Positions 57,571 through 64,000 of a stretch of 64,000 bases of DNA are shown here, piece by piece; position 1 is the first letter of the stretch, and each line of letters begins with the position of its first letter. The translations under genes were made by a program, and so were the position numbers. Source of the stretch: Cyanobacteria bacterium auto_48_18 (GTDB lineage Bacteria > Cyanobacteriota > Vampirovibrionia > Obscuribacterales > Obscuribacteraceae); contig JAVHQC010000036.1 of assembly GCA_036170915.1 (NCBI GenBank), forward strand, positions 128,001-192,000, given 5' to 3'. Below the pieces are notes generated by a model. The model did no database searches. It was not told where the DNA came from and worked only from the letters and a program-made list of their open reading frames with translations.

Positions 57571-57810
57571 GTTGGAAGAAGCCCTATCGGTGGGCTTAAA
57601 AGCGCTTAAATAAGAGTAGAAGCAGCATGGCGAGCCGTTCTTTATCTAAGGGAGCTGGGGGGCGCGTCAAAAGACTGCAATAAAAGTGAACAATTTCCTA
57701 ACGATGTTAGTTACTAAATGCAGCACTGCAGGCCGGTTGTATCAATGGTGCACATATCCGGGTAGCCAAGACCAGTGCGTTTGACTGCCTGTATGTTTTG
57801 CACTTGACTG

Positions 57811-57848
57811 AAACGCAGAGAAATTTATGGCAAATTTCTCTGCGTTTT
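57811..57848. terminator. Terminator-like hairpin downstream of atpB
   Basis: Perfect 16-bp stem AAACGCAGAGAAATTT-ATGGC-AAATTTCTCTGCGTTT. Confidence 0.7.
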
Positions 57849-57898
57849 AGCAGGCGCATTTTAAGCATGCACTAAGCAGCCACCGAAATAGTCAAAAA

Positions 57899-58660
57899 TT
57901 AGTGATGCTCAGCCACTGCAGCACCAATATAAATTGATGTCAGCAAGGTGAAAACAAAGGCTTGCACTAAAGCGATGAACACTTCAAAGGCCATCACCAG
58001 CGAAGGCAGAATCACAGGACACATACCAAGGAAAGCACTACGAAGCATTTCATCAGCAGTGATTACCAGCAAAAGTCTCAAAGCCAGTGTGGCAGGACGA
58101 ACAACTAAGTCGAGCCATTCAAGAGGAGCAATTGGTTTCCACAAGAACAAGCCAACATAGTGATGGCCGTGCACTTTAACCCCTGATGCCAGGTAAGTGA
58201 AAATAGCCAGACCAGCTAGACCAGCAGTGACATTAAAGTCAGTGGTAGCAGCAGCTACTTCAAAATGTTTGCCGTGTACATGAGGCCACCAGGACATGTG
58301 CTCAAGTACTTGGTAAGGCAGAATGCCAATTAAATTGCTGGCCAAAATAAACATGAACAAGCCGCAAAGCAAAGGCATGTAAGGTTTATAGCGATGGTCG
58401 CCAATTGAGCCCTTAGCAATGTCGAGAATAAATGTATAAAGACCTTCCAGTACACCCTGGCCTTTGCCGCCGGGACCTTCCACAGTCATGTTGCTGGTAA
58501 TTGCCGAGCAACCAAGAAGGATGAGACCCATAGCCGCCCAACTGAGAATGATGGTGTCAGCGTGAATGTCTCCAACTGTACCGAGACCAAGTGGCAGTGC
58601 GATATTAGTAATGCTTGGATCGTGAACTAACTCTTTTAAGGGTAAACTTTCGCCTAGCAT
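57899..58660 (-). CDS. atpB: ATP synthase F0 subunit a
   Basis: F.FIL.SN.IG..P, A.T.D.N.T, RP.TLALRL (essential Arg), VQAFVFTLLT..YI. Confidence 0.96.
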   Translation of the reverse strand: MLGESLPLKELVHDPSITNIALPLGLGTVGDIHADTIILSWAAMGLILLGCSAITSNMTVEGPGGKGQGVLEGLYTFILDIAKGSIGDHRYKPYMPLLCGLFMFILASNLIGILPYQVLEHMSWWPHVHGKHFEVAAATTDFNVTAGLAGLAIFTYLASGVKVHGHHYVGLFLWKPIAPLEWLDLVVRPATLALRLLLVITADEMLRSAFLGMCPVILPSLVMAFEVFIALVQAFVFTLLTSIYIGAAVAEHH

Positions 58661-58755
58661 TCCACTGTTCCCATTTGAATTGACTGGTTTTTAAATCAAA
58701 AAAAAATTGCGCCGCAGCAAAGGCCGGACGAAGAAAATCATAGCAGATGGCGACT

Positions 58756-58989
58756 TCAGGATTTTTTGTCCATATCGCTGGAACGTTTGAGGATATAGGC
58801 TATGCCCAGACCAAATCCGACTGAAATGCCCACGATAACACCGTAAGGACTCCAGTGTAATTGACTGTCGAGCCAGGCTCCAGCGAAATATCCGGCAATT
58901 GACAAGACAACGATTGATGAACCCAGCTCAGAAGCCATCATGATTTGAGCGCCAAGGCTTGCCGAGGGCTTCTCTGCTTTGTTCTTCAT
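58756..58989 (-). CDS. AtpZ/AtpI-family (ATPase gene 1) small membrane protein
   Basis: G...G.WLD......P.G...G...G two-TM pattern at the head of the atp operon. Confidence 0.85.
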   Translation of the reverse strand: MKNKAEKPSASLGAQIMMASELGSSIVVLSIAGYFAGAWLDSQLHWSPYGVIVGISVGFGLGIAYILKRSSDMDKKS

Positions 58990-59217
58990 AATGATTTCAG
59001 CATGTCGTTAAGAAGCCTTTATAGACGCCACTGCAACTGCTTCTAATGTAGCACCAAGCAATTAAGATTAAGCAGGTCTAGTCTTACCTCAGACTGACAG
59101 CAGCAAAAGCGGGCATAAGTGAAAATGAAGGTAACTGAACGCGAAGGTTCATGCTAAGAGCAAATTTATGCTATGAGTATATGACTTATCTTGGTAGATA
59201 ATAGGAGTTATCAGTAG

Positions 59218-61096
<1,879 letters not shown>

Positions 61097-61135
61097 TTAG
61101 CTCTCAAGCATCAGTATAGATATAATTTCTAAGAG

Positions 61136-62749
61136 ATGAAAGAGATGCAAAATATTACTCAACTAAGAAGGGCTTTAGCATTGTGCTTGAGCTTGTGCCT
61201 GGGTGCCAGCGCCGCAGAGGCAACTGACACTGGTGTTTACGCCAATAAAGTATTAAAAAGAAGATTGCAATCAGACAAGCGCATGGCCGTTAGTGTGGCC
61301 GCCGAAGGTGGTGCTGACGTTTATGCCAGCTTCCCCTTTGCCAGTAAACAAATACAATCGCAACTGCACCTGATTCTAGGACGCTATCAAACTTTTGCTG
61401 GTCAAGACGATGCATTGGCTTTGCCCACAAGGCCAGGTGAAAAGTCTACCGCTGACATTGAAATGGAAGTAGCTGCTCTTAAAGGAGGCGCTGACCAGAA
61501 GCGTCTTGCTCATACACGTAAAAGTGCAGAACAACTGATTTTAGGCTCTGCCGTCAACGACGTAAAAGTTTTAGATGAGTTCAGCGCACCACCTGTGATG
61601 GAAGGTGCGGGCAGTGCATTGCGTAAAATCAAAAGCATTGATGCAGCATCGATTGAAGCCTTCGATCTGGCTCGCAGCAATCGAATAGCAGCGGCACTGC
61701 GTGTTTTAAGCACCGCACTGGCCGCGAGCAAAGAAACTGGTAGTGCGCAAATTCGCTTGAGCAATAATCATATTTGCTTACTGGCATTGAACGATGATTT
61801 AAGTGGTGCCCTCACGGCAATGAAAAAAGCAGCAGCGCAGAACCCTCAGTTTACTGACGGGGCAAAATACCCCATTACCGTGCTTAATCAAGTAGCCATT
61901 TATCTAGCGGCCAAAGACACAGCTTCGGCCCTGACGGCCCTCGATAGCTTAAGGAACACCACTATTTCGGGCCGTCTGGGGCTGTGCTACTGGCATAGCA
62001 AAATTAGAGCCTATCAAATCAATGGTCAGACGGCAGAGGCGCAAAACGCCCTTGATCAGATGATCAAACGCTATCCAAACAATACACTGGCGCTCACCAC
62101 TGCTGGTGACCTCTGCATGGAAGGGGGCAACTATAAAAAGGCCGCAGACTACTACGCCCCGGCCGCCAGCATCAATAAAAACGATCCTGATGCACTGATT
62201 AAACTGGCTCAGTGTCAGGCAAAGCTGGGTGATCTCGACAGCGCCATCAACACTGCCACCACTGCAGTCAATAATTGCCCCAACAACGCGCCGGCCCATA
62301 TTGCCCTGGGTAAGTTGCATATGGACAATAAAGAATTTCTCGGTGCCAAGCTGCAATTTGAACGGGCTCTGGAATTAAAACCTGAGTTTGCCGTAAAAAG
62401 AGCGGCTTTCACACCGCTGATAAAAGTACTCGATATCATGAATGAAGACAAAGAGCTTCTGCGTAACCTGGCTCTCTGGGCCAAAGAGAACCCTCAAGAG
62501 GCGCTTTGTCATTACAATTATGCATTTGTACTGGCGCAAAAAAATCAGATTGCACCAGCAATTTCGGCCTACGAGAAAGCGATCGCATTGACACCCGAGT
62601 TTAGTAAGGCGCGCTATAACCTGGCTTTGCTTTATCGTCAGACTAATCGCACAGAAGAGGCAAAAGCCCAACTCAGTCAGCTTTTGGCCAACACTAAAGT
62701 GCAGGCTGAAAAAGAACAGGCGGAGCAATTGCTGCGCAGTTTCAATTGA
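61136..62749 (+). CDS. Secreted TPR-repeat protein
   Basis: Signal-like LALCLSLCLGASAAEA; C-terminal TPRs (AHIALG, CHYNYA, ARYNLA). Confidence 0.88.
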   Translation: MKEMQNITQLRRALALCLSLCLGASAAEATDTGVYANKVLKRRLQSDKRMAVSVAAEGGADVYASFPFASKQIQSQLHLILGRYQTFAGQDDALALPTRPGEKSTADIEMEVAALKGGADQKRLAHTRKSAEQLILGSAVNDVKVLDEFSAPPVMEGAGSALRKIKSIDAASIEAFDLARSNRIAAALRVLSTALAASKETGSAQIRLSNNHICLLALNDDLSGALTAMKKAAAQNPQFTDGAKYPITVLNQVAIYLAAKDTASALTALDSLRNTTISGRLGLCYWHSKIRAYQINGQTAEAQNALDQMIKRYPNNTLALTTAGDLCMEGGNYKKAADYYAPAASINKNDPDALIKLAQCQAKLGDLDSAINTATTAVNNCPNNAPAHIALGKLHMDNKEFLGAKLQFERALELKPEFAVKRAAFTPLIKVLDIMNEDKELLRNLALWAKENPQEALCHYNYAFVLAQKNQIAPAISAYEKAIALTPEFSKARYNLALLYRQTNRTEEAKAQLSQLLANTKVQAEKEQAEQLLRSFN

Positions 62750-62782
62750 TTGATAAAACAATCTATATATAAGGTATCGCGA

Positions 62783-63982
62783 TTATTGTTGCCAACCGAG
62801 CAAATTTAGGGTTGAGACAAAGTCGCCGCGCCGCCAGAGCCAGACATGGAAAGCAAAAATTAGTTGCTCAGGAGTCAGTACTGCCTTGCCTATGAGGGCA
62901 TAGCCTTTTTTAATGGTGTCGAGTTTTACTTGATCGATAAAACCGCGGTTCAATAAAAAGGCGTCGACTTGATCGGGCTCTCTGCGCTCAACCAGACGCA
63001 CTTGTTCGAGGTCAGAACGGGTAACAATACCGATAAGCTCGATCATATCTACCAGGCTAAGATTTTCTGTGCTGACAAAAGGCCGCACCATCACTGGTTT
63101 CATAGCCGACAGTTCGTTCACTGAAAACTCAAGCGGACGGCCTGTTTTGGCGCATTGCGAAAGCATCTGAGAAGCCCTGACCGGTTCGACTGTACCCTCA
63201 ACGATATATTTTTGAGCTCGCAGCGCTGATGAAACTATGAGCTCACTGATAATTCCTTCATCAACCAAAACCTGGCCCAGGGGCTTGGCTTCAGCCATAC
63301 TTTTCTCAACGCAAGAGAGCAAATCGAGCTCAGAAATCAACTCTGCCAGCACCAGAAGTTCGCCCAGCCTGACAGAATTTTCTTCGCGATAACGCTTTAA
63401 ACCACCGAATTCTAAAATTTCTTCGATATGCTCATTGTGCAAATGTGAGAGCTTGAGAGCGCCCACAGCCTGGTCGTAGCCAATTTTGCGTTCATTAACA
63501 AGCAACTGAGCCGTGAGGCCGGCATAAGCCACAATTTCATTGAGTGACTTTTGCAGCACCAGTACTCGCACTATGGGCAGACCCGAGAGTATGCTTACTT
63601 CAAGCCCTTGAGACAGCTTATAAGGTGATATGGCGCCGGCGTCAACAAACAATTTGCCCAGGTTGCGGCTGAAATTTATGTGGTCAATTTCGCAGCCGAT
63701 AGCAAAAAGATTGTCGACAAAACTGCCACCATTGTCGCGAATCAGCTTCAAAACCTCGCCGGCTTTCTCCTGGCTAATGAGCCTTTCGCGAATTAAATTT
63801 TGCGCTTGCAGAGTGCCATTTAGCTCAGCCTCACTAACCAGGCCTGATTCGACTAAGACCTTACCCAGTGGGCTTTTGCGGCTGCGTGACATGGTCAAAG
63901 CGCCGTCAATGCTCTCGGGCGTTACCAACCCTGCGCCCACAAGCAAATCACCTATCTGGCTGGAAATATGAGATTGCGACAC
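62783..63982 (-). CDS. Multi-MshEN-motif (T2SSE_N-like) protein
   Basis: Repeats QIGDLLVGAGLVT, PLGKVLVESGLVS, NLGKLFVDAGAIS, RLGELLVLAELIS and PLGQVLVDEGIIS; no ATPase domain. Confidence 0.8.
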   Translation of the reverse strand: MSQSHISSQIGDLLVGAGLVTPESIDGALTMSRSRKSPLGKVLVESGLVSEAELNGTLQAQNLIRERLISQEKAGEVLKLIRDNGGSFVDNLFAIGCEIDHINFSRNLGKLFVDAGAISPYKLSQGLEVSILSGLPIVRVLVLQKSLNEIVAYAGLTAQLLVNERKIGYDQAVGALKLSHLHNEHIEEILEFGGLKRYREENSVRLGELLVLAELISELDLLSCVEKSMAEAKPLGQVLVDEGIISELIVSSALRAQKYIVEGTVEPVRASQMLSQCAKTGRPLEFSVNELSAMKPVMVRPFVSTENLSLVDMIELIGIVTRSDLEQVRLVERREPDQVDAFLLNRGFIDQVKLDTIKKGYALIGKAVLTPEQLIFAFHVWLWRRGDFVSTLNLLGWQQ

Positions 63983-64000
63983 TAGTACATCCTCATTATT

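Overview
Bacterial chromosomal segment. It is most consistent with a non-photosynthetic relative of Cyanobacteria (Melainabacteria/Vampirovibrionia, probably Obscuribacterales-like); this is an inference from the cyanobacterial-type split atp operon with b and b' subunits, unlinked glyS and gatA, a short ATP synthase gamma subunit and the absence of photosynthesis genes. Most of the window is housekeeping: rplJL with an L10 leader, glyS, tatA, uvrB, rpoD, mpg, asnB-like, desaturase, cysK, fabG-acpP-fabF-gatA, panB, rseP, spoIID-like, atp operon, pspA/IM30 and tgt. These are interspersed with TPR, secreted and lineage-specific hypothetical proteins and three c-di-GMP-related genes. The most notable accessory element is a copper module at about 350-4115 on the minus strand. 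It comprises an unannotated leader-like reading frame ending KLYLLKRSLLI*, whose last codons can base-pair with the Shine-Dalgarno of the next gene, then a secreted 12-Cys (6x CC) metallothionein-like protein, an orphan TolC and a Met/His-tailed two-domain multicopper oxidase. Other candidates are a PC4-like/TM/VirB8-like membrane protein, a tandem ClpX-zinc-finger protein, a 1055-aa HExxH effector-like protein with a structured leader, a ~150-nt co-centred palindromic element, and an acyl-CoA-carboxylase-epsilon-like segment fused to SpoIID. I recognised no tRNA, rRNA, CRISPR array, integrase or transposase. All family calls come from motif recognition by eye, with no database searches.
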